Shown: in pieces, positions 1 to 12,949 of the stretch | Position numbering within the stretch: the first letter of the stretch is position 1 | Layout of the letters: every line of letters begins with the position of its first letter | NCBI RefSeq assembly: GCF_006345805.1 | Contig: NC_043000.1 | Span: 77,624,001-77,688,000 of the forward strand | Source: Octopus sinensis | Taxonomy: Eukaryota | Length of the DNA stretch: 64,000 nucleotides | Direction: 5' to 3' | Program-made: the position numbers and the translations under genes | The notes under the pieces: model-generated | What the model was told of the DNA's origin: nothing | Databases searched by the model: none | Seen by the model: only the letters and a program-made list of their open reading frames with translations

Positions 1-590
1 TCAAGAAGGCCGAGGGTGTCTTGGCATCACTCAGCAAGACTTTTGTTAGCAGCTCTCCAGCCATCTATTTAAAACTGTATACAGCTATGGTACGACCACA
101 CTTGGAATTCGCATCATCAGTTTGGAATCCCTATCTTGCTCAGAACATTGACCTCCTGGAATCTGTCGAGAGACGTGCAACCAAACGCATACCCTCCATC
201 AGACACCTACCATATTCTGATCGCCTTGTTTCCCTGGGCATGGATTCACTGAAGCTCCGGCGTGTGGCGACGGACTTGGTGAACACCCACAAGGTTATCA
301 ACCACCTCACCAACAACAACACTGAACACCTTTTTGATCTTCATGTGTCTAACACACGTGGACATGCCTACAAAGTCAGAAAACAGCACAGCTCCCATGA
401 CTTTCGGAAACATTTTTTCACGCTCAGGGTTGCTGAAGCGTGGAATAAACTGCCTGCATCAGTTGTTGACTGCCATGACACTGCATCCTTTAAGGCCCTC
501 ATGCTTCCCGAAATCCGTCGAAACTACACCTGATTATATATACACTTTAGATGAGTTGTAGTGCACCTGAGCACTGTACACAATTATTAT
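1..590 (+). mobile_element. CR1/L2-type LINE, ORF2 C-terminus plus 3' UTR (continues off the left edge)
   Basis: ORF 21-533 reads LYTAMVRPHLEFASSVWNPY...LRRVATDL...TRGH...RKHFFTLRVAEAWNKLP, typical of the CR1-group RT C-terminus. A short 3' UTR ends in (TTA)n. Confidence 0.85.
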
Positions 591-599
591 TATTATTAT

Positions 600-630
600 T
601 ATTTTATTTTTATTATTATATATATTCATA

Positions 631-672
<42 letters not shown>

Positions 673-747
673 ATATATACATATATATATACGCATATAT
701 ATATATTCATATATATGTATATATATATATATATTCATATATATGTG

Positions 748-788
<41 letters not shown>

Positions 789-1288
789 TATATATATGCA
801 TATATATATATTCATATATATGTATATATATATATATTCATATATATGATATATATATAATATATATATATATATATGCATATATATATTCATATATATG
901 TATATATATATATTCATATAATGTATATATATATATATATATATATATAATATGCATATATATATTCATATATATGTATATATATATATATTCATATATA
1001 TGTATATATATATATATATAATATATTCATATATATGTATTATATATACATATATATGTATATATATAATATAATATATTCATATATGTATATATATATA
1101 TATTCATATATATGTATATATATATATATATATTCATATATATGTTATATATATATATATATATATTATTCATATATATGTTATATATATATATATATAT
1201 AATATATTCATATATAGTATATATATATAATATCATATATATATATATTCATATAATGTATATATATATATATATATATATATTCATA

Positions 1289-1334
<46 letters not shown>

Positions 1335-1378
1335 ATATGATATATATATATATAATATATATATATTATATATTCATA

Positions 1379-1431
<53 letters not shown>

Positions 1432-1462
1432 TATATTATATATATTCATATATGTATATATT
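600..1462. repeat. (TA)n-based minisatellite with recurring TATATTCATATATATG unit
   Basis: Direct inspection. It produces the spurious Y/I-rich ORFs. Confidence 0.95.
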
Positions 1463-3617
1463 TTATTTGTTAGGGAATAAAAATTCCGGCATCAGTGGTT
1501 CAAATCATTCTCAATGAGGAAATATATATTTTTTCATTTAGAGATAGTAGGCCCCTTCATCCCACCATATAAAAGAATTTTAATTTAATTTAATACTTAC
1601 TACTTATATCTCGGCAACATGTGTTTCTTGAGGTTTATTTTCCGGTTCCTTAACTACGCCGTGTTTTGCAGGAACCTTTCTTAAAATATAATCCCGATCA
1701 TCAGGTCTCTACATCACTTTATCATAGCTTGATACTAAAAACTATATTTAATTTTAAACATATATGTGTATGTGTAAATAGGTTCGCCGGTTCGCCGGAC
1801 CTTAATGTACAAGCTATAATTTAATTCAAATAAAAAATTACAAATAAAAATAAAAAATACGAATAAAAATTTAAAATAAAAATTTACAAAAACTGTTCTC
1901 ACGTAACTTATGTCTATAAATATAAAATTGATAATATATAGGCATAAAAAAATTAAAATAAAATATATACTTGTGATGATATAAAATGATATAAAATTAA
2001 AGGAATGGCAAATAAATATATTCGAATAAAAATGGATGCAATGACGAATAAATATTTCGAATAAAAAATGCAAAAAGAAAATTTACAAATGATACGAATG
2101 ATAAAAATTTAAAATTTACAAAGTAAAAATAACTTAAGGGTAACGTAAAAGAATATGTACAAATCACCGTTGATTCCATTGTCCTACTACGTCTTAATTT
2201 CGGCTTGACATCGCATATATATACTGTTGAAGCCATAACGATTTAAAAACAAAGGGGAGCAAGAAATAATTCATTTTCTATCCAAACGGTTTTTAAACCC
2301 GAAATTCAAAGGCTATTATTTGTTGCCTTACTTCTTCGAGTTTCAATGTCCCCGCCCCCAAAATTGTTTCATGGCTATCTCAAGTCTTTTAAAATCTTAG
2401 GAGCCGAATAACATACGAGTTTACGAACGTTTGTTAAAATTTTACCATATGTTATTAGTCATTTTTTTCCTGTTCCCTTATTATTTCTCTACGTTTAGCT
2501 GAGGCAATAAACCAGCTTGGTCTATCAGTACACCTACATGTCAGGTTGAATTGCTTTTAATGATATTCATTATTGCTGTTTTATAAGCCAAAATCCACGC
2601 AATGATCTTATCTTAATGAAAATGTAGCTACGGCAAGAGTTAACATTTCCTTCACCCTTATTTCTTTTGTTTCAGTATCTGGTCTTAGTTTATCGATATG
2701 TTGTATTATGTATGCATAAATGTACATAGCTATAAATCTTACTTTACTAGCTAATCTTCTTCCGTTTGGTTTTCGAATTGTATTCAAGATTGTTGTGTTA
2801 CCAACTCATTTTTTTTCTGTCTAGTTTTGTCTGATGTAACGGACTGTGTTGCAGCAGCTACTCGTAAATGTATGGCAAACTGATGGGATATTATTGTAGC
2901 TTTATGCCCAATGTTGCTCATATAATCAGGATGCTTTGAACTGCCACGATTGGTTATGAATTCATAAATTTCATTAGTCATCGGAAATTCATTTCAGTAG
3001 CTTGGGTTTTCGTGTTGATCAAATTTGTAGATTTTCTATTTATGATTATTTTACCTTTTATTGAGAAGTGGGGGGTGGAATGACTCTTTTTAGAGGGCTT
3101 CTAAAATTGGTGCGGAGAGGGAAGGAAAAAAGTGTCTTCAAACTAGAGACCTGTCCCGAAAGATTGTAATGCAGTGTATGAACTCTCCTAAATGTACCAC
3201 GTGATGGGTTTAAACTTGGTAATAGATTAAATTCACCATCCAAATGGGACACGCCGAGATTTAAATTCAGACCACAAAGAGCCGGAATAAATAACCAGAA
3301 GCAGCCTTCGATGGGTAATTTTTTATCGACTTCGAGAGCATGAAAGGCCAATTTGACTTCTGTTAGATTTGAATTCTGTTAGATTTGAACTCATTGCATG
3401 TTGTGTTCAGATTATATGGTTAGTATTCTACATACAATATTTATTTGGTTCATATAAAACAGGTCATTTGTAGTTTTTTTAGTTTTTATTTGGTGTAAGT
3501 ATTGTTATTAAGTTGAATTTATGTCTTTATTTTTATTTACTGGTGTTTATTTAATACGTGTCTTTTTGGAAAGCTTTATTCATATGAAACATAACTTAAT
3601 GTACAGGAATTGGTTAG

Positions 3618-3679
<62 letters not shown>

Positions 3680-5395
3680 TACTTTTAATCTGCATGTTTG
3701 TTACAATCACTCACCGAGACATACTCAGCGTCCTAGGACGAGAGAAGGATAAGAGATGTTACAGTATGACTAAAAGCTTTAGGAGGCGAAGTGGCAGGGG
3801 AAGTAGCAAAATATCTTCATGCAATACGATAATACGACACAGACATTTAAATTGATAGGTTTTTCTGAGGATGTGGTCAGTACTTGCCAGCGTAATCATT
3901 TGGATATCTCTGAGACATGGTTCTGGAATATTATCTCTATGTTTCCTACATCCCTTTCTTACCATACCAAGGGCATCCACAATAACAGGAACAGTTCTCG
4001 CATTAAGATGTCACGTCTTTTGAATTTCAATTTCCAAGGCTTTATATTTACTTAATTTCTCAAATTCCTTTACAGATATATTTTTATCGGTGGGTAAACT
4101 TACATCTATTAGTCTACAAGTATTTTGATCCTCGTCTTTAAAGACAATGTCTGGTTGATTAGTCTGAATCGTTTTGTCGGTGTTGACTGGAAAATCCCAG
4201 AGGTTAGTGACATTTTTATCTTCAACGACTGGCTCAGGATGATGTTCATACCAGTAAGGAGTGCTGATTTTGTAGTGTTTACATATTTCCCAATGTAAAT
4301 ACTGTACTACCCTATTGTAGCGATTTTTGTATTCGTTTTGTGTCAGTACAGGACATCTTGAGGCGAGACGGTCTATTGTTTCGTCAAATTTATCGCAGAA
4401 TCTGCATTTAGGGTCAGAACTGTTTTGAAGAAAGTTAGCCTGGTAGAAGGAGAGGTGTATTCCACTTGGCCATACTACCTTGTAAGAATTTGGAGAATGC
4501 AAGAGAGATCTTGTATATCTCAAGGGCCTTGAGTGGCCAATTACATGGGACACCGTAAAACACTTTCCTGTAGCCAGATTCTTTTTGTTGCTCCTGCAAT
4601 TCTCTACAATAATTTTATTTATGAGTAATTGATCTTTGCATCCATAAGAATTCCATTTAAAACATTTTTGAGCTTGTAGATGGTTAGAGTTTTGTTCAAG
4701 GAAAGTGTATATTCTTTCAGTTAGTATCGATGTGGGAATCTTGTAGGTTGTGTTGAGACATGTTATTGGTCAGTAGCTCTTTGGATTTTTCGTGTTTTCA
4801 GTTTTTGGTAGAAAGTATGTTGTTCCTTCGGTCAGCCAGGTAAGCATTTGCTCTGGGTTCTGGATGACATCAGTTAGGGATGCAGCAAGATGTTGGTGTA
4901 CTTCTGTCAAATAATTCAGCCAGAAGTTAGGGATCCGGTCCAGTCCTGGGGTCCTCCATTTGTGATACTTTCTAAGAACACATCTTAGTTTCTCTATACC
5001 TGTTGCCTCCGATTTCTGCTCCTCAACTTCATCCAGTTTCACTTTCTCACGCTCTATCCAGTGAGCTTCAGCATTAGATTCTTTTTTGTTGCTCATATCT
5101 TCTTCCAGAACTCTTCAATTTCATTAGTCTTAGGTGGCTCCTGTACTTCTATCTTGCTTTTGTCAATTTCCCTGTAAAAGTTTTTGCATCCGTCTTGAAT
5201 ATCTTGTTTTGTCGATAACATTTGATTCTTTTGTCATACCTTCTGATCCGTTGTATTCAGTTGTTTCACTCGTACCGTGATTGTAGGGAGGTTTATAAAA
5301 TCTTTGATTTTATATTTTTGCCTGATTTTTCCAGCTTGTTTCGTCTTAACAAACATTTACTTATCTAGCAAGTTCAGTTAGAACTTATTTCATCC
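3680..5395 (-). mobile_element. R4/Dong-type non-LTR retrotransposon, subfamily A, 5'-truncated and degenerate
   Basis: Minus-strand peptides DPKCRFC...YLHWEIC (CCHC), LWDFPV.TD...QPDIV (REL endonuclease), KLSKYKALEIEI and KWRTPGLDRIPNFWL. (TTA)n lies on both sides. Confidence 0.9.
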
Positions 5396-5402
5396 ATTAT
5401 TA

Positions 5403-5463
<61 letters not shown>

Positions 5464-5466
<3 letters not shown>

Positions 5467-8400
5467 TAGTTTTATTTTTATAGCGTGCTTTCACTTCACT
5501 ACCGAGTGCAGTTCTGTGTGCCTTGGGTATGTGCTGTGATTTGTTGTGATGCTCTGATGGTTATTGTATGGAAAATGTTCTGCGTAGGATGTGTGCGGTG
5601 CCTAGTAGTGCAATTTTCTGTATGTTATATATGTTTGTAAGTCCTGGTGTTTTTGTTATGTATTTGTCTGAATATTTTTTTATCATGCCTAATGCACCTA
5701 CTATGATAGGAATTGTTTCTGTTTTCAGATTCCACATTCTGGTTACCTCTATTTCCAGGTCTTTGTATTTTGAAAGTTTCTCCATTTCACGTTGTCATTT
5801 GCTGGTATTGATACATCAATTAGAAAGCATTTTTTTCTTCATGATCTCTGACAACTATATCTGGTCTGTTGGCCTTAATTTCTCTATCTGTGTGTATCGG
5901 CATATCCCAGAGTATGGTTGCTTTCTCGTTTTCTGTGACCTTTTCTGGTGTGTGCTTATACCATCTTTTTTCTGTTGTTATTCCATAATGTTGGCATAGC
6001 TTCCAGTGTATGTAGGTCCCAACTCTGTCGTATCTGTGAATATATTCCTTCTTAGCCAGGGCTGGGCAGCCAGAGATAATATGATTTATTGTTTCTTGTC
6101 CATTTCCACATATTTTGGTCTTGTGCGGCAATTAAAAATCCCTCTGTCTCTGCTTTGAGTCCTGAGCTTCTCAACCAGCTTCTCTTGGTCTATTTCTTTT
6201 GCATTTAGTTTAGTTCAGTATTTACCATGAAGGGACATTTATTGCCATCGTTTGGTCATGGTTCTTTGCTGTTCTAGTTTTAGTTTGGATTTCATTTGTT
6301 TTATAGCTTTTGTTGTTTCTTCTTCTTCTTCTTCTTCTTCTTCTTCTTCTTCTTCTTCTTCTTCTTCTTCTTCTTCTTCTTCTTCTTCATATTTGTTAGG
6401 TGGTATGATTTCTTGTTTGTATTTGTCAGCTTCCTTAAATACTGAGAACAATTTTGTGTTTTGCTCGTGTTTTGCCGCTATTTGTATCAGTTTTCCTTGC
6501 TTCTGAAGTAGGTATTTTTGCAGTCTATGGTGATTATTTTATAGTAGTTTTCCAGCTTTATAAGGCCTCTACCACCTTCTATACTTTGTATATATAGCCT
6601 TTCTATGTTAGATTTTGGGTGATGCATCCTAGATCCTGTCATTATTTTTCTTGTTTTCCTATCTATTTTGGTTAGTTCATTTAACGTCCAGTTAAGGATA
6701 TTGTAGCTGTAACTTATAACTGGGACGGCTAAAATGTTAATACCTATTATCTTGTTTTTAGCATTGAGCTCTGTTTTTAGTATTGATCTAACTCATCATT
6801 AGTATTCTTTCTTTATCTTCTCTTTCATTTGTGTGTGTTGTGTCTTATCTAGTTCATGGATTCCTAAGTATTTGTAAGTTTGGCTTTGGTCTAATTCTTT
6901 TATTTCATTGGTTTTATCTGGTGTGATGTTGCTACTCTTAACTAGTTTTCCTCTTTTCAGGGTTACTTTGGCACCTTTTTCTAATCCAAATTTCACATCT
7001 ATTTCTTTGGTGTATCCATGAACTGTCTTTAGTAGTGTTTCCAGCTGTTTGTCATTTGCAGCGTATAGTTTTAGGTCATCCATTTATAAAAGGTGGCTGA
7101 TCGTTTTGCCGTAACATTTATATTCGCATCCAGTTCTATTTAGCATATCAGATAGAGGTGACAGTGCCAAGCAGAAAAGGAGTGGAGAGAGCGTGTCTCC
7201 CTGGAATATTCCTCTTCTAATGGGTATGGCTTTGGCTTTCACGAGTCCCTCTTTTGTTTGGAGCTGTAGCACTGTTTGCCATTTATTCATAGAGTGTCCT
7301 ATGTATTTTATAATTGTTGGTGCTACTTTGTTAATGGCTAGTGTTTCGAGGATCCATGTGTGGGGGATGCTATCAAACGCCTTTCTGTAGTCGATCCAGG
7401 CAATATTGAGGCCTTTCTTATTTCTGTGGCTGTCTTCAGTTATGGCTTTATTGATCATTAGTTGATCTTAACAGCCGTATGAGCCTTTGCGGCATCCTTT
7501 CTGCTTTTCTGGAAACAGGTTGCTTTCGTCCAGGTGCTTGTTTAATCTCTGTGATATTACTGCTGTAAATGCTTTGTACATGTAGGGAGACAGGTTATAG
7601 GTCTGTAGTTTTCTGGTTTTGCTGTCTCATTAGATTTGGGAATTAAGATGGTTTTCCCCTTCGTGTGCCATTCAGGCATTGTCTCTGGCTCTGCCAGTAA
7701 GTTGTTAAAGCTTTCAGCCAGCTTTTTGTGTATTTCTGGTAGATATTTCAACCAGAAGTTGGGGATCTTGTCATGCCCAGGTGCCTTCCAGTTGCTTAGT
7801 CTTTGCAGTGCCTGGGTGACCTCTTCAGTTGTTATGGGGGTCCAAAGTTGCTCAGATGCTATGTTTGTTGTTTTAATACTCCTTTTTTTTTGGTTTCGAC
7901 GACCATATTCCTTTCCAGAATTCGTCCACTTCTTCTGCCGTTGGTGCTGCAGTGATGTCTATTTTATTCTTGCCAAGTTCTTGGTAGAACTTTTTGGGGT
8001 TGGAGTTGAACTGCTTGTTTTGTTCAAAGAAAACGTTGGCGTTTCTCATACCGGCGGATCCTTTGTGCTTTGGCAAGGATATCTTGCTTTAGTTTTTCTT
8101 TTATCTCAGGTAAATCTTTTTCTGTGATGTTGTATTTGCACAGTATTTTTGCTTTCTTTTTGTTGCTTAGTAGTGTTGATTGTCTACTGATTTCGTTAAG
8201 AATCGACAGATCTTTTCTCATTTTTTGTATTTTCTTTTGGATGTTATTTATCCACAGGGTTAGTTTGGGTGGTGGTACTCCTGTTTGGATGGGTTTGAGG
8301 GAGTATCCAGCTTTTTTTGTGACTGCAGTGGCTGCTGCATATACTAAGTCATTTAGCTCCGTGATGTCGCTTTTTGTTTCAGTGGCTATTAGTTCTGTGA

Positions 8401-9566
8401 TGGCTAGGATTATGCTGTTTATAATTGATGTAATTTTTTTGTCTATTTTGATTTTTGGAAGGTATGGTCGGTGGTCCATCTTGAGATCTGTGTTTTTCAG
8501 TTCTTTGATTATTCTACTTTTTATAGTATCATAATCATTAGGCTCCCCTTCGTTGTTTCCAGGTTTTAGATTTGTGTCGCTTTATTACACGTTCGTGTGT
8601 TTGTCTGTTGTGTTTTGGCTTGCTGTTTGTCGTGTATTATTATGCATCCTTACGGTCTGGGTTAGTTGTTTTTTGTTTACATCGTTTTTGTTGGAAATGT
8701 TACGTTTGTCTTCGTGTTTTACTGTTTCAGTGTTTATATTATTAGGTATTGTTGTGTAGCTTCTATCTACATTTTCCTGATGTATTTTTTCTTTTAAATG
8801 TTCTATTTCTATTTCTGATATGTTTTTTTGCGTTGAGAATATATCTTCGTACGTTAGCTAGTTTATTAGGGTTCATTGCTGTATCCAAGTCTATATTTAT
8901 GTTATTTTCCTTCCATATTTTATGTGTATGTGTTATTGTGTTTTCATTTTTTGGGTAGAGCACTGCTGTGAAGTATGCGTGTAGGATAGAAATGTATTCC
9001 TCACATGTCCATTTATGTCTTTTGGGTTTTATTTGGGGGACATGAGGAACAACGACCGGCCCATTATTTTGACGGTCGTCATTTTCGTAGGGTACCGGTC
9101 CGTTCATTTCTGTTGTCACATTGTTTTGCACGTGTAGTTTTTCGTACATTTTATGTTGTAAGTTTAAAGTACGTACTTCCCGATTGTTATTCTTGGGTTG
9201 AATAATATTGGTGTTATTTAATTTCTTCGTAGAATTTTTGTACATGGTGTTTGGGGCCGGAGATGATCTGGTGTTGATGGATCGTAATGTATCACGCATG
9301 TTTACATGTGTTGTGTTAGAGGTGGAGATGATATCGAGTTAAAATACATCATTTCGTTTCGAAAATAGCAATAAATTTCAATGAGTATTACTTACTCGGA
9401 TATAGTCCAATCCTTTGTCAGTTAATTTTTGGCTCCACACGATGTCTTTGTTTTCGATGTTTGTGGATAGATTTCGGAGCACTGTTTTATCGTTCTCACA
9501 TGTTAAACGTCCTCGGTGTTCTCTCCTTATCTCCGGTGTTCTCTCCTGTCCCCGGTGTTCTCTCCT
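5464..9566 (-). pseudogene. Near full-length R4/Dong element, subfamily B (RT + CCHC + REL endonuclease), broken by frameshifts and stops
   Basis: The ORF begins at 9299. Peptides: KAPGHDKIPNFW, PENYRPITCL, WIDYRKAFDSIPH, RGIFQGDTLSPLLF, MDDLKLYA, YKYLGI, ICGNGQETINHIISGC, WDMPIHTDREIKANRPDIV. (TTA)n lies at both ends. Confidence 0.92.
6318..6388. repeat. (GAA)n microsatellite inside the Dong-B ORF, read as poly-Glu
   Basis: A (TCT)n run on the plus strand. The homologous position in the copy at about 54.27-54.49 kb is also expanded. Confidence 0.95.
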
Positions 9567-9637
9567 TATTATTATTATTATTATTATTATTATATTATTA
9601 TTATTATTATTATTATTATTGTTGTTGTTGTTGTTGC

Positions 9638-9669
<32 letters not shown>

Positions 9670-9675
9670 TTGTTG

Positions 9676-10831
9676 TTTTATGTTTGACTTTTGCTTTATA
9701 TTTGTAAAAGTTGGCTCCAAGTCTCACACAAAGACTTCAAGAGACAACAAGTTGGAAGTTCATACTGGTTTTATGCCTAGGGTGCCATATATTTGGTTTT
9801 GTGCATAGTGTTGTTCTAGAGAATGTTTAAGAAACCATAAGAAAATTATGTTTGTTTTAAAACTTGAGATTACATAGAAAGTATTTTGCTTAGAATATGA
9901 GCAGTTCCCATGAGCACTATCCTTTGAATTTCTGCCATTTTGGGTTTTCCTGGTATCTGAGCTAGGTAGCAATCAGTCCCTTTTGCTATCATTCCCACGG
10001 CACCTATGACAACAGGTATTGTTTTAGTCTTCAGGTTCCACATTTTGCTTATTTCTATTTCAAGATCTTTATATTTACTCAGTTTCTGGTAGGTCTTGAC
10101 ATATACATTTATACCGATTGGGACAGTCATATCAATGAGGAGGCATGTTTTTTGTTTGAAGTCTTTCAGTATGATGTCTGGCCTATTCGCATCTATCTTT
10201 CTGTCAGTTTGAATGGTGAAGTTCCAGAGGAGTGAGATGTGGTCATTTTCAAGCACTGGAGGTGGATTGTGTTCCCACCAGTTTTTATCATGGAGCAAGT
10301 CCAAGATTTTGCAAATTACCCCGTGAATTTATTGTGCAGCTCTATCATGGCCGTTGAGATACTCTGTAGGCGCAAGAAGACTGAACTTGGAGACAACATG
10401 ATCAATGGTTTCATTTTGTTATTGACATACACGACATGTTGGTCTACTGCCGTTCTTTAGTATGATAGCCTGGTAGTTCCTTGTAGGTAGGCATTGATCT
10501 TGAGCTGCTATGTTAAACGCTTCTATTTCAGATTTTAAGCCAGAGGCCATTAGACATTGATGGGTCAGGGCTTTGTTAACAACGGCATTGTTCACTCTCT
10601 TTGGGTATTTACCATTGAGAGGTTTTTCTTGCTATTTATCAGTCAGAATATCTAAGGCAGCAGTTTTAGCACAGGTTTTCATGCGCTTAGCTTTTTCTGC
10701 GCTTGTTTCTCGTATGTCTAATTCCGGAATTAGTTGTATTTGGAATTCACTTGGATATCCCTTTGCCTGTTTTGTTACTTAGTATTACCTGTTTTGTTAC
10801 TGAGTATGCCTGTTTTGTTACTGAGTATGCC

Positions 10832-10835
<4 letters not shown>
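9676..10835 (-). mobile_element. R4/Dong element, subfamily C, 5'-truncated
   Basis: ORF 9870-10304 reads WNFTIQTDRKIDANRPDIILKD...KLSKYKDLEIEI. It is flanked by (TTA/TTG)n and is homologous to 50953-51715 and 61070-62609. Confidence 0.9.
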
Positions 10836-10885
<50 letters not shown>

Positions 10886-11268
10886 TAATAATAATAATAA
10901 TAATAATAATAATATTAATATTAAAAAAAAAACTGATTCCATTGATATGTTGCTCCATTTTTTAAAATAAAGAAAATCAGACTTTATGGGTTTCTTGACT
11001 TTTTTTGAAGTTTTACTCGAAATTAAATTTGGTAATAGGTTTTGTTGTTTTGACGATCATATTTTAGTTATTTTCAAAGACGGAATTGGAAATTTCTGAT
11101 TAATGCTTTATCATTTCACAAACCCAGAATAAAACAACCGATGAAAAATAAGAAAGCGTACACATTGCCTGTAACATAAAGGAACTGTATACCTGAAACC
11201 TAAAAAAGAAAGAATGCTTATGTCGTTTTCTTTTTATCAAAATGATCTGTCTATCTAACTGTCTGTCA

Positions 11269-11376
<108 letters not shown>

Positions 11377-11960
11377 CTATCTGTACACACACACACACAT
11401 GACATTGATAAGAGAATCAAATTCGAGTCAATGACTTTATATGACACCACGATTCCATACATTTGATCACATATAAACATTACCATGGCCTTCAACATAT
11501 AAACCAATACATTTATAAAATCACAGAAGGTAAAAATATATATATGCACATAAAAATAGAAAATATATAGAAAGGCTAATCAAGAAAAGGTATATACAAT
11601 CGACTAAAATAAGTAATCACAATGAATTACTAAAGCGTGTCAAATGACTAAAAAACAATAAAAAAACATCTAACGACTAAAAACGTTTTTATTCCCTTTA
11701 ATTACAAAAATGTCACAATAGTTCATTTCATGGTAGGTTGAAGTCGAAAGAGCGTCAAAGTCAAGTCAAAACACATCTATGGCCATTTCGGGAGTACACT
11801 GCCGCGGTCCGATTACGAGTTAAGGTGCATCTCGGCAATGACCTCCTCATCATTATGAACAAGACTTTCACAATCAATTTTTTTTTTGTGCTAGACTGGT
11901 CCTGCTATAGGTTATTATCTTTAAATTAGTTTCTGCAGCCGTATTGTAACTTTCGTAAAC

Positions 11961-12949
11961 AACTTGATCGTGGAATTCTTTTTCTTACGTCGTGAGTTTA
12001 TAAGTACGTTATATTTATTGAACTGTTACTTGTTGAGCTGTTATTTGTCAAAAAGCCTTGTTGCTGCTGAAATCAGCCTTGTCGCTGCCAAACCCTTCTT
12101 CTCTCTCGCACGGGTGACGCCGGTGGTCAGGATTTCACCTCGTCGTTTTATACAGGGTTGGTAGCGGTAAAGTGTGACGATACATTGGGAGAGCCCCTGG
12201 GTCTCGGCGATGGTCAACTAGCTGGCCTGTTCCAACGTACATTCCAGACAGGGTCCTTGGATAATTTCCAAAAGAGCCTTGCCTGTTCGTGATAAACTCG
12301 CAAGGCATGGAAGTCAGTGTTCGCCGACTTGTCCAAGATGTGAGCATGACAGAGAAACTGTCTTGCACGCAATTGTACAATGTCTGAAAATCTCGAAATT
12401 GTGGCTTTATGTCAAACAGCTGCTGTCCCGTATGGGAAGAGTACAGCTGTCGTCCGAATCAATCATTAAGATTACTCCGCCCTCTAGGAAGAAAAGGTTT
12501 GTTTTCTCGTTGTAATTGCTATGGCGAAAGAGGTAGTACGGAAGTCTCGAATGAAAGGAGTAGCAACAGACATCTTCATCTCCAGGCAAGGTTTAGTAGC
12601 CTTCTTTATTTTCCACCCCAAAAGAAAAATACGGCTGGAGAAGAGTTGTCTACCATCTGCAATATATAACAAAAGATGGAAGAAAGTGGTATGAATGATG
12701 TGTATAAATGACCAGACTTAAGTGTAAACAATGAAGAAAAATTAAAAGGTCTCAGTGGTGGAATGGGGCTTGTGGAGTTGTGGCCGAACCCGTCCCCAAT
12801 TTCATTGTATCGTCCTTGTTTGTTTAAATCATTCGCTATATTTTCAGAAACTTTAAATTTGTTCATTTCACTGTGAAATTCATTAGCTTTTATCGACTCG
12901 TGTTTTGTATTGTCCCCTCTGTGTTGGCCCCTTGTGGGCAATAAAGAAT
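11961..12949 (+). mobile_element. Internally deleted Tx1/L1-like LINE (5' UTR joined to ORF2 C-terminus and 3' UTR)
   Basis: The first ~105 bp match 12952-13060. Then comes the zf-RVT-like motif LPVRDKLARHG...TCPRCEHDRETVLHAIVQC. The 3' end reads ...GCCCCTTGTGGGCAATAAAGAAT. Confidence 0.75.

Noticed and set aside
551-1480. Long Y/I, poly-L, poly-R and similar ORFs here and across the window
   Set aside because: They are translations of (TA)n, (TTA)n, (GAA)n, (CA)n and (GATA)n microsatellites.
9300-9566. HDV-like ribozyme in the Dong-B 5' UTR
   Set aside because: Some R2/R4-type 5' UTRs carry one, but I could not fit the nested double pseudoknot by eye. A descriptor search is needed.
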